From positions 24,428,001 through 24,492,000 of the forward strand of contig NC_043013.1 in NCBI RefSeq assembly GCF_006345805.1: a stretch of 64,000 nucleotides of DNA, in the 5' to 3' direction. Numbering within the stretch: position 1 is the stretch's first letter; each line of letters begins with the position of its first letter. A model generated the notes under the pieces. It was not told where the DNA came from. It saw only the letters and a program-made list of their open reading frames with translations, and ran no database searches. The position numbers and the translations under genes were made by a program. Below, in pieces: positions 13,784 through 28,140 of the stretch. Source of the DNA: Octopus sinensis. Its lineage: Eukaryota.

Positions 13784-15074
13784 TATATATGTATGTATAT
13801 ATATATATATATATAATTTACGCGCGCGCACACACACACATACACACAGAGAAAAATTACTCAAATGCCAGCATGCCAGTTGGTAGGAGAGAATGAAAGG
13901 TGATAGTCCTATGCACTATATATGGTTATTGAGTGATGAAAGGTTACTACAGATCAAGGATCGTCAAATAATATATAATGTGTCTGTGTGTGTCTATTCG
14001 TGTGTGTAAATACATATATACATACATACGTACATACATACATTCATTCATACATATTCTATATCAATGAAGTTTATTATCAGATAACAAATCGGTTACG
14101 CTACTGCAAAGGAAAACATTACGTTTGCGGAATGGCGATAATATATTCCATAAAATTTTTTCCCTGGAAAACTGCTTGGCAAGAAATCTATTCTTATTTA
14201 CATTGAGTATACAATATATGTAGAACACTGAAAGACGGAGATATTTGGGAAGTTAAGTAGATTTTATAGAAGAGTTCCCATAACAAAAGGTATTCTCGTG
14301 ATTGTTTATAATAAAGTGTTGCCCATAGTTTTCAAACTTTTAAGGACTTTTGCAATACAAATAGGCGGAAAGCAAAGGGAAATGTGGTTGAATACTTCGT
14401 TGGATTAATATAAACGTTTGTGCTCATATCAGAAATGCAATCAAGATTATATCCAATCTGTTTGTTTTTGATAGCTGGTATCTGACGTTTGATGTCCTCT
14501 TCCAGTTTATCTTTACAGCAGATAAATATACCTCGCCTAACAGCAGCTTCTTTAAAGATTATGTAATATTTTTAAAATACGAAAACAACTCAAGTTGTTT
14601 GAGATAGAAGTGTATGTGTTTGTGTGCACATATACATGTATGTACATGCACGTAAACATACATATATACAAACATATATAAAAATGTTTGTTTCTGGTGA
14701 TGTCTGTATACAGGCTCGTTGTATATGTATGGCTACCTTTATCTTTATGATATATATGTTGATATGAATAAATTTTTTAAAATTCTTTACCACTATTCAT
14801 GAAGATAAATATATTTTGCGATATTTCTAGCATTGAACAGAAAGCGTTACTCGGTTATTTTCCCTATGTGTTGTGCGCACTGACACACATCAGAAATTGT
14901 TTTTATTTGACAATATGCCTGACTTTATGAAATGATGCAGTTACTGTGTTTCCTGTTGACAGTCAGATCATTCGACTATCATATTCATTTTCTATTCTCC
15001 TATGTAGATAACAACAATACATACATACATACATACATACATACATACATACATACATACATACATAAATACAT

Positions 15075-15445
15075 ATGGAATATGTAACACACTGCCTAAA
15101 TGCCAATCTTAAGAAATTAGGCTTCTCAAAACCAGAAAGGAGAAAGAAGATCCAATCCATCACTGGAACTGTAAAAATCTGTAAAACTTCCCAGAAGTTT
15201 ATCATTTAAATATATGCTCATATTTAAATATATATGAGCATATATGCAACTATATGCGTGAGAATACATACATAAAACATACAAATCTGCACATACATAC
15301 ATACATATATACACACATACAAAAATACATACGTACAAAAATATCCTGTTGTTGATGTGGAAATTCCAATGAAGGAACCTTGGATCTAGGTTAGAAACCG
15401 GTTCTTTCTCTATTGGCAAGAAATCTTGAAATAAACTGAATAAGG
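15075..15445 (+). mobile_element. R4/Dong-like LINE 3' fragment, family X
   Basis: Same sequence as 3735-4075. Preceded by (TACA)n. Confidence 0.75.
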
Positions 15446-15639
15446 ACATACATACCACACACGAAGCGACAAGTCGCATATTTGGCGTGGGAGACTATCG
15501 AAAATACGATGACTACTATCCCCAACTTTAGAGCCACAACTATCAGCCCTGTTAAATAACTGCTTAATCTTCAGATGAATTAACTGAGGGAACCTTTTAT
15601 TCACGATCGTAGTAATTTTTGACTGAAACTATAATCTAG

Positions 15640-16760
15640 CATTCACAGAGCTACAACAAGCAAAATGGCTGAACACAACATCAACAGAACCGATGAATAG
15701 AACGAAGACAGCAGCTCAACAGGTAAACAAATTTCGCACGATTCTACCGTAGCGTATCATCAGATGAAAGGATGAGCATACGTGCGCAGAAGACATGCAT
15801 GGATGTGTTAGTAGAAAGCGGCGAGATGATAGTAACATTGATCATCAAAGCAGTCTGTCATGGACCAATAACCGGATTACGAACTCTCACTTCGAAGGGT
15901 ATGCATCTGCAATCCAGGAACAGGAAATATCAAATGCACAAAAGGGACAGAGATGCAGGAAAAGTAGTAAAATGTGATAACCGATGCAGACTTTGTGGAG
16001 TTAATACCGAAGATATCACTCACATCATATCATAAGCGGTTGTCCGAATATGCCATCATGGTATTATCTACCGATGAAACATGATGTTGTAGTTAGGACA
16101 CTATATAATGAAATCTATCGAAAGGATAACCCCGAAGACAAAGAAATAAGTACCCACAGTATAGTAGAACCTATAGCCACTCATAATAAATAGGAATAAT
16201 GGTAAAAAGTCCCAGTGAAAATCGTAATAAAATGTAAGTACAAGAGACCTGATATAATGATTTGGGATGGAGAAGAGAAACTACAGTGATGGAAATTAGC
16301 TGCCAGCTCAAGATCAGTGAAAAAGAGTATACCTACGCTGAACTATTGAGGAATCTGCAGTTACTCTATCCAGATTATTTAGGCACTGGGATATGTAACA
16401 CGCTACCTAAATACCAATCTTGACAAAGTAGGCTTCTTAAAACCGGAAAGGAGAAAGCTGATTCGAAGATTACAGTTGCAATCCATCACTGGAAATGTAC
16501 AAATCTGTAAAATATTCCAGAAGTTTATCATTTAAATATATATGAGCATATCTAGATATGCAACTATATGCGTGAGAATACATACATAAAACATACAAAT
16601 CTGCACATACATATATACATATATGCACACATACAAAAATACACACGTACAAAAATATCCTGTTGTTGATGTTGAAATTCCAATGAAGGAACCTTGGATC
16701 TAGGTTAGAAACCTACTCTTTCTCTATTGGCAAGACATCTTGAAATAAAACTGATTAATG
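15640..16760 (+). mobile_element. R4/Dong-like LINE fragment with zinc knuckle and restriction-like endonuclease
   Basis: AIQEQEI, CRLCGVNTEDITHII, GCP...MKHDVV and RPDIMIWD...EISC motifs across frameshifts. Confidence 0.8.
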
Positions 16761-17564
16761 ACACACACACACACATACACACACACACATACACAGATAT
16801 GTATATATATGTGTGTGTATGATTGAATACGTTTATATACACTATAGCAGATTAACAACAAAAAATAACAGTTCATCTTACGTTCTGTTAAAAAACAAAC
16901 TGCTGAAATATTGTTTTTGAAGTAGATAAATGAGAGAGAGGAGGGAGAAGGGGAGAGAGTTAATGAGAGAGAGGAAGAGAGTACAGACACAAGATTAAAA
17001 TCTGGAGCTACTGACTTGCTTCTTCCTAAAATAAACAACATTCAAGCAAGTGTCATTGTTTAAAGGCAGATCCCAGTGGCTATAGTTTGCTAGTTTTTAC
17101 AGCAGTACTTTACAGATGTGCAGCTTAGATTGTTTCTTGAGATTAAATTATTTGAATTTCCTTTGGCTAGATTGTATGAAACTATGTGCAACTTGATCCT
17201 CTTAAATAATTTTACAATTTAGTCGTTATTTGCTGTGACTATGAGTGATAGACTGTAGTGCTTGCTATAATTATCTTGGCTTCACGACAGTTTTGATCAA
17301 GAAAAACAAAACAAAAACAGTCTCATGTCAGAAATCATTTCTCGTAGGTTTATTCTTAAACAACATTTCTGTGACATTTTTACTTTACATTTTCACATCC
17401 CTAAAAAATACCTTTTATGCAAGCACTACTGCGGAAGTAAAGATGAATTAAACAATTTTATGAACTTGCTCGTTTACATCATTTCTTTAAAGAGCAGTTT
17501 TAATATTGCCAAAATAGGCTTACATGTGTTTTAGTTTATTAATGTTTTCTGCTTTATTTACTAG

Positions 17565-17704
17565 GTTCGAATTCTTGTCTCAATTGTACTGACCCCAACA
17601 TACATCAATGCTCAGGAAGGATGGTATCGTGTGTCAGACGGCAGTAAAATCACGGCGATCGGAGTACCTTACAAACTAATGAAGATAAAGAAGATAAAAC
17701 AAAA
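17565..17704 (+). CDS. Exon of VirK-like gene (signal peptide and start of pro-region)
   Basis: Acceptor GCTTTATTTACTAG, donor GTAAGA, phase 0 to 2. Open frame VRILVSIVLTPTYINAQEGWYRVSDGSKITAIGVPYKLMKIKKIKQ with a signal-peptidase-like INA-QE site. Confidence 0.6.
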
Positions 17705-20700
17705 GTAAGACCAATTAAATATAACAAAATAACACTTAAAAAATAAATAGATTCTGAAAAAAAAAAGGTATATAGAAATAGTGGCAAAGCTTTACTGAAT
17801 GAGTAAATTTGTATTCCATATGATAAATTTGTAATAACTAAACTAACACAAAGAAACAATGAATAGAAGATGGTAGATTTATTTTTATTGTGTGAAGCTA
17901 TATGCAAGTATGACTGAGTCTACGAAGTCTGCTTCATGCCTATTGGTTCAAGGTTCGATTTCAAAGCGCAGCACATTGGACAGATATCTTCTAGCTTGCC
18001 TCAGATCGACCAATGGCCTTTTAGAAGCAATTTGGTCCACGGCAACTGTATACGTGTGTGTTTGTGTTTCGGCGAAAAATGAAAGCATCATTTAGAATGT
18101 CTATAAACTGTTACTTGTTGCACCAGTGTTACATAGGAAATCGCTTGTCCTTATGGCCATTTGAAATGTAGTAATACTGTGATTGACTCTTGAGAAAAAA
18201 AAAACCCTGTAAAATACAACACTGTTGAATTGTCACCTTTATGTTACCATAATCTGTGCAAAGAATTTTGGTTTTAGAATTTCTGCTATTGCAAATACGA
18301 AACTTGTGGATATTGATTACTGAGATTTGAAAAAAATTCAAAGTGTGTAGTTTTATTTTTTAATGGGTTGCCTATATATTTATAGTGTCAAAAAATATAT
18401 TAATACATTTTTTTATACTTATCATTCGGAAGTCTATGTTTGAATCTTGATATTATTGGATGTTTAATAAATGACCTCAACTGCTTTAGTGCTGCATTTT
18501 TAAGAGGTTTTAGATTTTCATCCATTGTATAACCAGATAGTTTCCAATTGAATTCTTCTAAATTAAACATTTGATTTATACTACGTATCTGTCGTCTTTA
18601 TGTATACATATGCATGGATACAAACAGACAAATAAATAGATAGATAAGACAGATAGATAGATTGATAGATAGGTGCTGTATATTGTAGTTTAAGTATATA
18701 AAAAATTCTGGTCCAATAGTTCTGTAAGACTATGTTGGAATACTGTAGTATGCAGACTTCGTAATATGTGCGTAATTTTAGCTATAAAATGCAAAATGCG
18801 CCACGGTTCCATGCGGGCATCCTGCAATATACTACAGATATTCGGTAGAAGTGAAGCAGATGTGTGCTGCATTCTTAGCTTTGCATTATATAGCTTATAT
18901 TACATATGTGTGAAACTATGGTATGGTATTAATGAGGATGATGATAATGATGATGATGGTGAATGTCGCGTCAGTGTTAGCGATGAATGTTACTAATTAT
19001 TTGATCCACAAAACTATTCATTGAATTATAGTGTTAGTGATTGAATATTCTTTCAATAGTTGTAGCGAATGTTTTCCGTGGATATTCATTGCGCAAACAG
19101 AATATTAGCGTTTGATAATTTCTGTTACTGTTTTAGTACAATAATCTGACATTTATGATAATTATTTTATCAAAAACATTTTGATTGCGATTTCTTTTGT
19201 GTTTTCCTCCATGTTTGAATATATGTGCATGTATTTGTTCCCATGCATGAATAATTTTGCATGCTTAAATAAATACAGGTAACTAGAAGACAAGCTTCAA
19301 ACATTCTTAATAGAAGCATGGAGACAGTGGCGTTAAAACATTATATTAAGTTCAATTTTTTAAAAAGGAATTTCCTGCGGTTTATTTATTTCTTCTGTAA
19401 TATTCGCTCTTAAATATCTCCTAAATATTCATTCGAATCTTTATTTTCCCTTTTGATAAAGTTTTCAGAAAAATTTATTTTAAGCAAAAACATATACATG
19501 CAGTATCACCAGTATTGAAGTGAACACTTCTCAAGTTATTTCTGTAATTATTTAAACTCTTCCGTGAGGTACGCAAACGAGTGATTTGTAGAATGGTGAA
19601 ATCGTATAAATATCGTCTTCATTAATACATTTAAATAAGGCCATTTATCAAGAATTATTTATGACACCGTAGTGACATGAATGATACTCGATGAAGAATT
19701 TCAGAACAGTCTTGTCGATTTAGCTTTTTTACACAAACCACCTTTTCTGTAGAGAATCTAAATAATGGATATTGACAACACTTGAGGTTTTGGTGGTTTG
19801 TATCGAAATATTTCCGAATTGAATCATGGAAACAACAATTGTGTGCTATAGCATCTTTTAAGGTTATCTCATTTGTATCAAGCAATTATCATTTGATTTT
19901 CTTCAATCTGCAACTACTTTGAGCCAGTAAATATATTCATAAATGTCTCTCGCATCAAAAATTAATTCTCTTTTTCAACTTGTGGTATCCTCTCTGAAGT
20001 TGTAGTATCCTTACCAGAATTTATTTTGTTCAAAATATGTTGACCTCATTGAAATCTAGGACAATGTAGGAGTTGGTGGTCAGGGAAATCTGTCATTAGT
20101 AGATGTCTGAATTGTTAGAGGAACTGGAAGGTTGCTAATTGTTTTCTTAGGATGAAGAAGTTGGCGTCATTATTTCTGAGAACTCAATACTTTGTCAAGA
20201 AGGTTAGAATTACATTATCAAATTTTTAATATCGGAAGTGTGGGAGAAGGCACTATAGAAAGAAGTACTGATATCTTCTCTGACGTACACATTACAAAAA
20301 AAAGACATTCTAAATTAGAAACTGTAAACTCGAGACACTCTGAACATTACCAACAACAAACTTATTTTCATTGATGTTCTTTTAACTACTGACACTTCGT
20401 GGGAAATGTTATAGGACTTAGCTCTTTCTGACCTCAATTTCAAGGTGTGATTTAGCTATTATATAAAACAGTTCGGGATTAGACAAGTCCGATGCAAACA
20501 CTAAAATACTTACAATGTCAACTGCCTTTCTACACTCATATTCTGTATTAACAACCAAAGAATTGAGATTATTAGTATCACAAAATCTACTTAAGCCGCC
20601 TATGTGACGATGATCACCAAAGTCTTCGAAAATAAGATACGATACTAAAATGATTACAACACGGCTTATCTACCTTATTAAAATTCATGACATTTGTAAT

Positions 20701-21460
20701 GTGTGGTTCGAAACCAGATTGAAATGCAACAAAAACAGAGTAAAACATCAGCAAAAACTTCTTCTGGGCTTAATTGGTCACCTTTGTATGATGTGCCTTC
20801 TCAGTTGAAGCAATGGCTGGAGGTTTCTCAATAAAAACAACTACATCAACTTCTACAATAGAAAGAGGGTTTAGCTACCGTCTCGTGCGAGATGATAATG
20901 ATTTACATCAGTCAAAAGTCCAAATATTCAAACAATAAAATCCTCGAACATATGAAGAGTGGCAGAGGCAGAATCATGATGCTCGATAGCTTATTATATC
21001 TGTTATTGTGTAGTGTTGTTCTGCTTAATCAGTAAATCTAATAATATACAGAGGGTTTATTCATTCGAAAATATTCCCTCGGTAAAACAAAGGCCGTCTG
21101 GATAAGAATATCACCCTTATATAAAAAATATAACAATGTTTAATCGTTGGATTGCTACAGTGCTCTGAAGTTTTATTGAAACTATTGAAATTCTGACGTT
21201 TGGTTGAATTAATATAGATTTTACTTGAATTTGAGATTATGAGATGTTTTGTAGTTATTTTTAGTTAAATTGTTTCTGACGAAAATATTTAACCGTTTAG
21301 TATTTATTATACTCATTTGATGTATTCATTTCCTTGTGATTTAATACGTTTCATTGCGGAAATATCGATGGTATCAATTTTTACTTGTAAATCGAAGATC
21401 GATGTTATCTAGCTACGTATACTCAGAACATATATTATTTTAAGATTGTATACTATTATA

Positions 21461-21677
21461 AGGTGGAGAGCTGGCAGAAACGTTAACACGCCGGGCAAAA
21501 TGCTTATCGGTATTTCGCCTGTTTTTACGTTCTGAGTTCAAATTCCGCCGAGGTCGATTTTGCCTTTCATCTTTTCAGGATCGATAAATTAAGTACCAGT
21601 TGTGTACTGGGATCAAGCTAATCGACTGGCCCCCTCCCTCAAAATTTCAGGCCTTGTGCCTATAATAGAAAGGATTA
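21461..21677 (+). mobile_element. SINE family A
   Basis: Same head and core as the other family A copies. Confidence 0.85.
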
Positions 21678-21715
21678 TTTTTAAAGTTTAAGGCAGCAAA
21701 GTATAATAACAATAA

Positions 21716-22193
21716 TTACATGTTTTGTCTTGGTGAAAAAGATGGGCTACAGCAAATATTCTGCTCAATACCACAAATTTGCTTGTCACTTGTTTGACTG
21801 TAACCTGTTGAGCATATTCCTCAGTGGTTGACAGTATGTGCATCTTTGATCGCGAGCAGAAGTAGTGGGGGAGCATCATAGCCATGTGTTGAGAGAAATT
21901 GTTTGGGGTTTGAACAATTCACCCCTGGAAGCATGAATGTTTCGTTCAACATCCTTAAACAAAACTTATTCAGGGACCTTTTGAGCGGGATAGGCTACTC
22001 GACCTGAAGAAAATTCTAACTGGGCTTCACCTGTAAGGTAATGCGCTGTTTATCTTGATATGAGATTACCATGTTGCACACATATGCATGTGCCAGGTGT
22101 ACCCTTATCAGAGAAGTAATCATGATGGGTATATTGGGCTTCGTATAGTTGTACCCCAGTGTCACTTTGATGCCATACGATGCTCTCTCACTC

Positions 22194-22228
<35 letters not shown>
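21716..22228 (+). mobile_element. Probable non-LTR retroelement 3' UTR ending in (TAA)n
   Basis: Ends GCTCTCTCACTC followed by (AAT)n. No coding motif recognised. Confidence 0.4.
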
Positions 22229-22229
<1 letters not shown>

Positions 22230-23355
22230 TATAGAAGACCTATATAACAAAACAATAGAACATAAAAAATAAAGAAGACACATGGGAGGTAAAAGAAAAA
22301 AATAACCCGAGCATAGCAGCAAAACTTGCGGCATACAACGGTACGAAAAACGGGAATGCTTCTTCCAAGAAAGAATAGAGAATTTAAAATAAGCTCGAAA
22401 AGATTTTACAAGAAGTTAAACAAAATCAAAACGAAAACATTAATAGATTCCATCAGCACTGGAGATTCAGTGGGAAGGAATATGGAGCAAATAAGAAAAA
22501 CACAACAACAATGCTCAATGGATAAATAGGGAAAAGGAAAGGAAGAGCAAAATAGCACCAGAGGTATGGGCCACCATCACAGGCCAAGAGATCACGGATA
22601 TATTGAGGACTAGCAGTAACTGGAAGACTCCCGGGATAGACAAGGTCCCAAACTTCTAGATGAAACACTTCGGCATTACCCATACTCACGTAGCAGCAAC
22701 ATTTAATTTAATTATAAGCAAGTCGGAATCAGCACCAAACTGCATTCTGGAAGAATAAACCACCCCAATTCTCCAAAACAAAGACACCATAGACCCCAAA
22801 AAATGTTTGAACAATAACATGTCTAACAACAACCTACGAAACACTCGTATCAGTCACCTATCGCCGGTTTACAATAAACCAGAAAAATAACTATCTTTTA
22901 CCAGAGGAACAAAAGGGGTGCGGGAGAGGGGTGTATGGTTGGAAGGAGCAGCATTTAGTAAATCCAGTCATTATAGAGGGCTGTAAGAGGAAAAAGAAAA
23001 CCTCGACATGACTTGCATTGATTACCAGAATGCATTCGACAGTGTTCAACTCTCATGGGTCTTGGAATCTCCAACATTACTAAAATGTATCAACCATGGA
23101 ACAGAAACAATTCCTATCATAGTAGGTGCATTAGGCATGATAAAAGATATTCAGACAAATACATAACAAAAACACCAGGACTTACAAACACATATAACAT
23201 ACAGAAAATTGCACTACTAGGCACTGCACACATCCTACGCAGAACACTTTCCATACAGTAACCATCAGAGCATCACAACAAATCACAGCACATACCCAAG
23301 GCACACAGAGCTGCGCTCTGTAGTGAAGTGAAAACACGCTATAAAAATAAAACTA

Positions 23356-23392
<37 letters not shown>
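22230..23392 (+). mobile_element. Dong/R4-like LINE, internally deleted, in (TAA)n
   Basis: RT motifs SPGIDKVPNF, ITCLTTTY, LPEEQKGCGRG, IDYQNAFDSV joined to the C-terminal TIPIIVGALG...QKIALLGTAHILRRTLSIQ*. (TAA)n on both sides. Confidence 0.8.
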
Positions 23393-23752
23393 GTTTGCCC
23401 CGTTGACTCACGAATAGTCAAGAAGGTGGACGAAAAGATAGATAGATAGATACAACCTTCTTAAGTACTAAATAACCCGGCTATGGAAAATGAAGAAGGG
23501 GAAGATAGTGCCAATTATTGTCGGGTCCTTGGGAGCAATATCAGAAAGCATTAAGAGGAATATAAATGAAATCGGAATTGAATGGCCAGTAGAACTGTTA
23601 CTAAAGTTTTCCCTCTTTAGCACGGCCAGTATTATCAGGACAGTATTAGATAGATGAAAAGAACGAATAGTATGGTACCATAGGCTGCAGGTAGTAAGTC
23701 CGCTACGCATGCAAGACTCCAGAAGCTCCAACAAAACCTGTGATAAAGAAAT
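23393..23752 (+). mobile_element. Second R4/Dong-like 3' fragment
   Basis: CPVDSRIVKK and RLWKMKKGKIVPIIVGSLGAI...TASIIRTVLDR*, with a (TAC)n/(TAA)n tail. Confidence 0.7.
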
Positions 23753-23804
23753 ACTACTACTACTACTACTACTACTACTAATAATAATAATGATAATAAT
23801 AATG

Positions 23805-24158
23805 GTTTCAAATTTTGCCACAAAGGCAGCAATTTTGGTACCTATTTTATCGTTCCCGAAAGAATCAAAGGCAAAATCGACCTCGGCGGAATTTGAAATC
23901 AGCACGTAGCGACAGACGAAATACCTAGTTCTTTACTACCCACAAGTGGCTAAACACAGAGAGGACAAACAAGGACAGACAAACGGATTAAGTCGATTAT
24001 ATCGACCCCATTGCGTAACTGGTACTTATTTAATCGACCCCGAAAGGATGAAAGGTAAAGTCGTCCTCGGCGGAATTTGAACTCAGAACGTAACGGCAGA
24101 CGAAATACGGCTACGCATTTCGCCCGGCGTGCTAATGTTTCTGCCAGCTCACCGCCTT
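23805..24158 (-). mobile_element. SINE family A, dimeric copy
   Basis: Reverse complement of the 10.6 kb copy. Confidence 0.85.
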
Positions 24159-24168
24159 TATAATGATG

Positions 24169-24203
<35 letters not shown>

Positions 24204-25693
24204 CTAATTTTATGAAAGTTACTCTGTTGAACTTGTTTAATGTATATTAATTCAAAGAGCATAGTTAAAATTTATACGTCTAATATGTTGTCATTTGAAA
24301 TTATAATGCCATGGGAGAACTTTCAGAAAAACCTTCATTCAGTTTTGATACGAAATAACATTGGGTTAACGATGTTTTCCTTACGTGTGTAATTTTGAGT
24401 GCTTTTTTTTTTTGCTCACTACATAACATATACCGTCAAGAATTTTTTCTACGTTGTAACGATTCTGCCTTCAATAAGGGGAGATAATGCAAATTATTTG
24501 ATCGCATCTTCACATATAAAGTGAAACTATGTATATTGCAGCTTGTAGGTCAAAGTTAAGTGAAACTTTTCATAAGACTGTAGGGTATGGACTATTATAT
24601 TATTAGTATGTACAATTTCTAATATAATTAAAAAAAAAAAATTGCCTATCTCTCTCATCCTAGCAATAGACATTTTACTGCTAAGAAAAGTAACGGATAC
24701 AAAGTCATTTTATAAATTAGGACAGAATTTGTACAATACGGTATTTGCTGCTTTTCTCAGCAAAATTTTAAAATTTTGAAATATTTCATCTTATTTTAGG
24801 TGTTGCAACCTTTTGTTTATATTTCATTTTTATTTTGCACATTTTTTTATGAAATTCATCACGTGAGGTTTTCGATATGAATTCTTCTGAATTGGTTAAC
24901 AAAAAATCTTCATTGAATTCACTTTCTGAAGTTAATCATCATCTTTTAAGAGCAATTTATTCAAAAATATAACGAATTTTGATTCTATTTGTATCATACG
25001 ATAACCCCGAGCGAAGCCGGAGCAAATTTGAAATAGTTTTGAAAAGTACTGATGGTGTTTATAGTGACTTGCTTCCTTTGATCATCTCTTAGATCATATA
25101 TTAATCTTTTGTATCTCTCTCATCTTCATCTCTCTATTTGATTTCATATCTGTCGTCATAGAAGTACATTCACACACGAATGAATGAAAATAGAAAAAGT
25201 TATTTTCCAAGTCATACTCTGTAGTGTTTTTTTTTAATATATTTTGTTTTCCATTTTTTAAAAAATTGAATGAAACTAAAACCACTGAAACCTGCATGAA
25301 TCAATTTGTTATAAAACTGTGTGAAACTTAGAATTGTGTTGCAATAACATATCTAGTCGCAGATAAACCTGCCTCATTGACATACTTATTTGCCTTGCGG
25401 CCCCCCAGTGTAGCCTCCACGAAAATGTCCACTGCTAATAAACAATTCTCTTCTCTTGAGTTCAACAGAAATATCCTGACAGCATGAAATAATGTCTTAT
25501 TTTGTAGTTACTAGAAAAGTACAGACGTGATAATGTCCCTTGTAAGAGAATGATCCCTTCTGCGTTCAGTCCCGTAGTCAACAGTTCCATCTCACGTGTG
25601 AATCTTTCAATTCTCTGTGTGTGACATCTTTTTCATCTTCATTTGCTCTTTCCATATAATGATTTCTCTGTTCATCGGCCGTTTCTGTTGCAG

Positions 25694-25744
25694 ACTGCTC
25701 GCTCCGACACCTCGTGTCACGTCATCGAGAGGCAGGAGGTCGAG
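25694..25744 (+). CDS. 51-nt exon of VirK-like gene (basic linker with furin-type sites)
   Basis: Long pyrimidine tract ending TTTCTGTTGCAG, donor AG|GTATGT, phase 2 to 2. Encodes (K)LLAPTPRVTSSRGRRS(R). Confidence 0.6.
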
Positions 25745-26194
25745 GTATGTATGATGAGCGTGTATGGTCTCCATTTCCATGTTCATTTGCCTTTGCCTTT
25801 TCCATATTCATTTGTTTCAAATATATATACATTCTCTCTCAAATGTTCCCTATCATCAAACAGATACAGATTCTCTTTATTTCATATCATTGTGACATAA
25901 AGCTAACTTGAGGTTAGAATTTCAAATGTATCATTAGAAATACAATTAATCAGACAAATACATTAATAAACGTAGCAATATACATGTGTGTAAATAACAC
26001 ACATACACACACCACATTGATATTAAATACAGAGCGTCCGACGATTGTAGAAATGTTTCGAAAGGCTATCAGTTTCAAAGCTCCTTTTACAATAGTCGGA
26101 GGTTCTATAGTTCATAATGGTTCTACCCTACATTCAAATGTACTGAATCCTTCCTTGTTTGAATGGTCTTCTTAATTCTCTGATTACGGTAACT

Positions 26195-26236
<42 letters not shown>

Positions 26237-26954
26237 ACACACACACACACACACACACACTCGTTAACATACATGTGTTATGGCATATGTTATTTATTAA
26301 GTTCCAGATGCTCAACACACCCGCAGCTCCTAAACTGTCGAGATTGATACAGAAATTCTAATTGAATCGTTTTTTTATAGATAGGTTGATCCATGCAGGA
26401 ACCGAGGAATGATTGAAGGAAGTTTTGAGAGTAAACCTAGAGATAACAATGGGAAAGAGGTGATTGCATCCAGTGGTTTAGTAAGAAATCTTGGCAAGTT
26501 TGAGGGTTTTGAATGTATTGTTCATACGTAAAGAGTTTGTAGTGTCGCAACATTTTTTTTATATATGTTAGCCATAGTGCTTTGGTATTGCTGGAAGCGA
26601 GGAGATTGTCGTTTTCCCGTTGAAAGACTTACAAAACTCCGTTCTGAGAAAAAAATGTAGGTATGGCTTAGAGTCGATGGCTGGTATATGGATGGTACTT
26701 GTATAAAATCGGTTACGGGAAAGTGAAAAGTAGCATAATATTTTCAAACTCTGCAGTCAGCAAAAATGTGTGTCTCTAATGCGGGGTCAAGAGAGAGATT
26801 TAGTAAATATGTGAACTAACTAGAAAGTAGATAGTTTGATGGCAACAGAGAAGCTGATATCAGAACCGGCGGCATTGCTTCGTTGAAAGGAACAGAAAAT
26901 GTTTAGCACGTTAGTTACATTTGACGGATATTTGTCCTCATTTTATTTGTTGTT

Positions 26955-27000
26955 AACACAACGTTTCGGCTGATATACCCTCCAGCTTCCATCAGGTGTC
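26955..27000 (-). ncRNA. Minimal hammerhead ribozyme, degenerate
   Basis: GACAC-CUGAUGG-AAGCUG...CAGCC-GAA-ACGU-U-GUGUU. The core A9 is mutated. Confidence 0.55.
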
Positions 27001-27177
27001 TTGGGGAAATTTCGAACCTGGGTTCTCATTCCTAAGGTTATTATTATTATTATTATTACTACTATCATTATTATTATCCAAATTAAAAGAAGAGTGCCAT
27101 TGTCATATAGGGAACGATATTTCGATATCTTGTGTGTCTTCCACAGGTTCAAATCTAATTTTGTCAATCTACTTTAT

Positions 27178-27252
27178 TATTCAGGTCACTGCTTGGAATC
27201 GAACTCGGGGTTAGTAGCCCGCGCTCTTAACCACTACGCCATATACCCGTGG
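27178..27252 (-). other. tRNA-derived Pol III cassette inside the Penelope remnant
   Basis: A box TGGCGTAGTGG and B box GTTCGATTC, with an anticodon-like loop. No complete cloverleaf. Confidence 0.6.
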
Positions 27253-27883
27253 ACAACCATGGAGTGAATTTTAGAGCTTATAAATCTAATGTTTCCTTCC
27301 TTAATACCAATTCCCATATCTGCACTCAGTCTGCTTGTGAGGTTATTATGTCCTAGCATATGTGCTGCTTCTTCTAGCTTTCGTATTTTCCAGTGGTGTT
27401 CTCTGTCTATTATTTCAACTTCATCCCACAGGGGGAGGTGGTCTCCTTTTTTCCATACATGATCAGGTATACCCGATTTATCAATATCTCTTCGTGTCAC
27501 AGCTTTGCGATATTCCTCTTCCCTTATTTTGAGGGGGCGGCATGTTTCGCTTTTGTATAACCTACCACAGCCGCATGGGATGGAGTACACGCAGTCTTTT
27601 GTCATATTCTCTTCTATTGGTGGTTTTACTCGAAACGTTGTGTTAACCACAAACAAGATGAGGACAAATATCTGTCAAACGTAAATAATGTAAATAATGT
27701 GCATAATTCCACCTCTCTAAAATATAGAAATGTTTTGCAGCTCGTAACTATATAATTGTAGAGTATTTGTGCGTGAGTGTGAGGTGTGAGTGAGTGTGCG
27801 TGTGTGAGGGGTGGGGTGCAAATAAAAAAATGGAAATTGGGAGGAGTGTGCGCTGTGCGGGTTTGGAAGTAAAATGCGGTGCG

Positions 27884-27931
<48 letters not shown>

Positions 27932-28089
27932 ACCCACCCACACACACACACACACATACACACACACACACACACTGAGTTACTGTATTATATCATAACC
28001 GTCAACACGCTTTGCTCCAACTTAAATCCCGGTCGGGATTCTTTATTGCAGATGGTAACTGTGCAGAAACCTGATGTGCCTGACTTTGG

Positions 28090-28140
<51 letters not shown>

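Larger units (their letters stand above)
26915..27700 (-). mobile_element. Penelope-like element 3' part (GIY-YIG) with inverted terminal duplication
   Basis: DCVYSIPCGCGRLYKSETCRPLKIR...DHVW...IIDREHHWKIRKLEEAAHM. 27631-27690 is an inverted copy of 26915-26968. Confidence 0.85.

Noticed and set aside
19560-20400. Coding-looking minus-strand sequence (also at 60.1-61.1 kb)
   Set aside because: Many stops and no motif I can assign. Probably old transposon decay.
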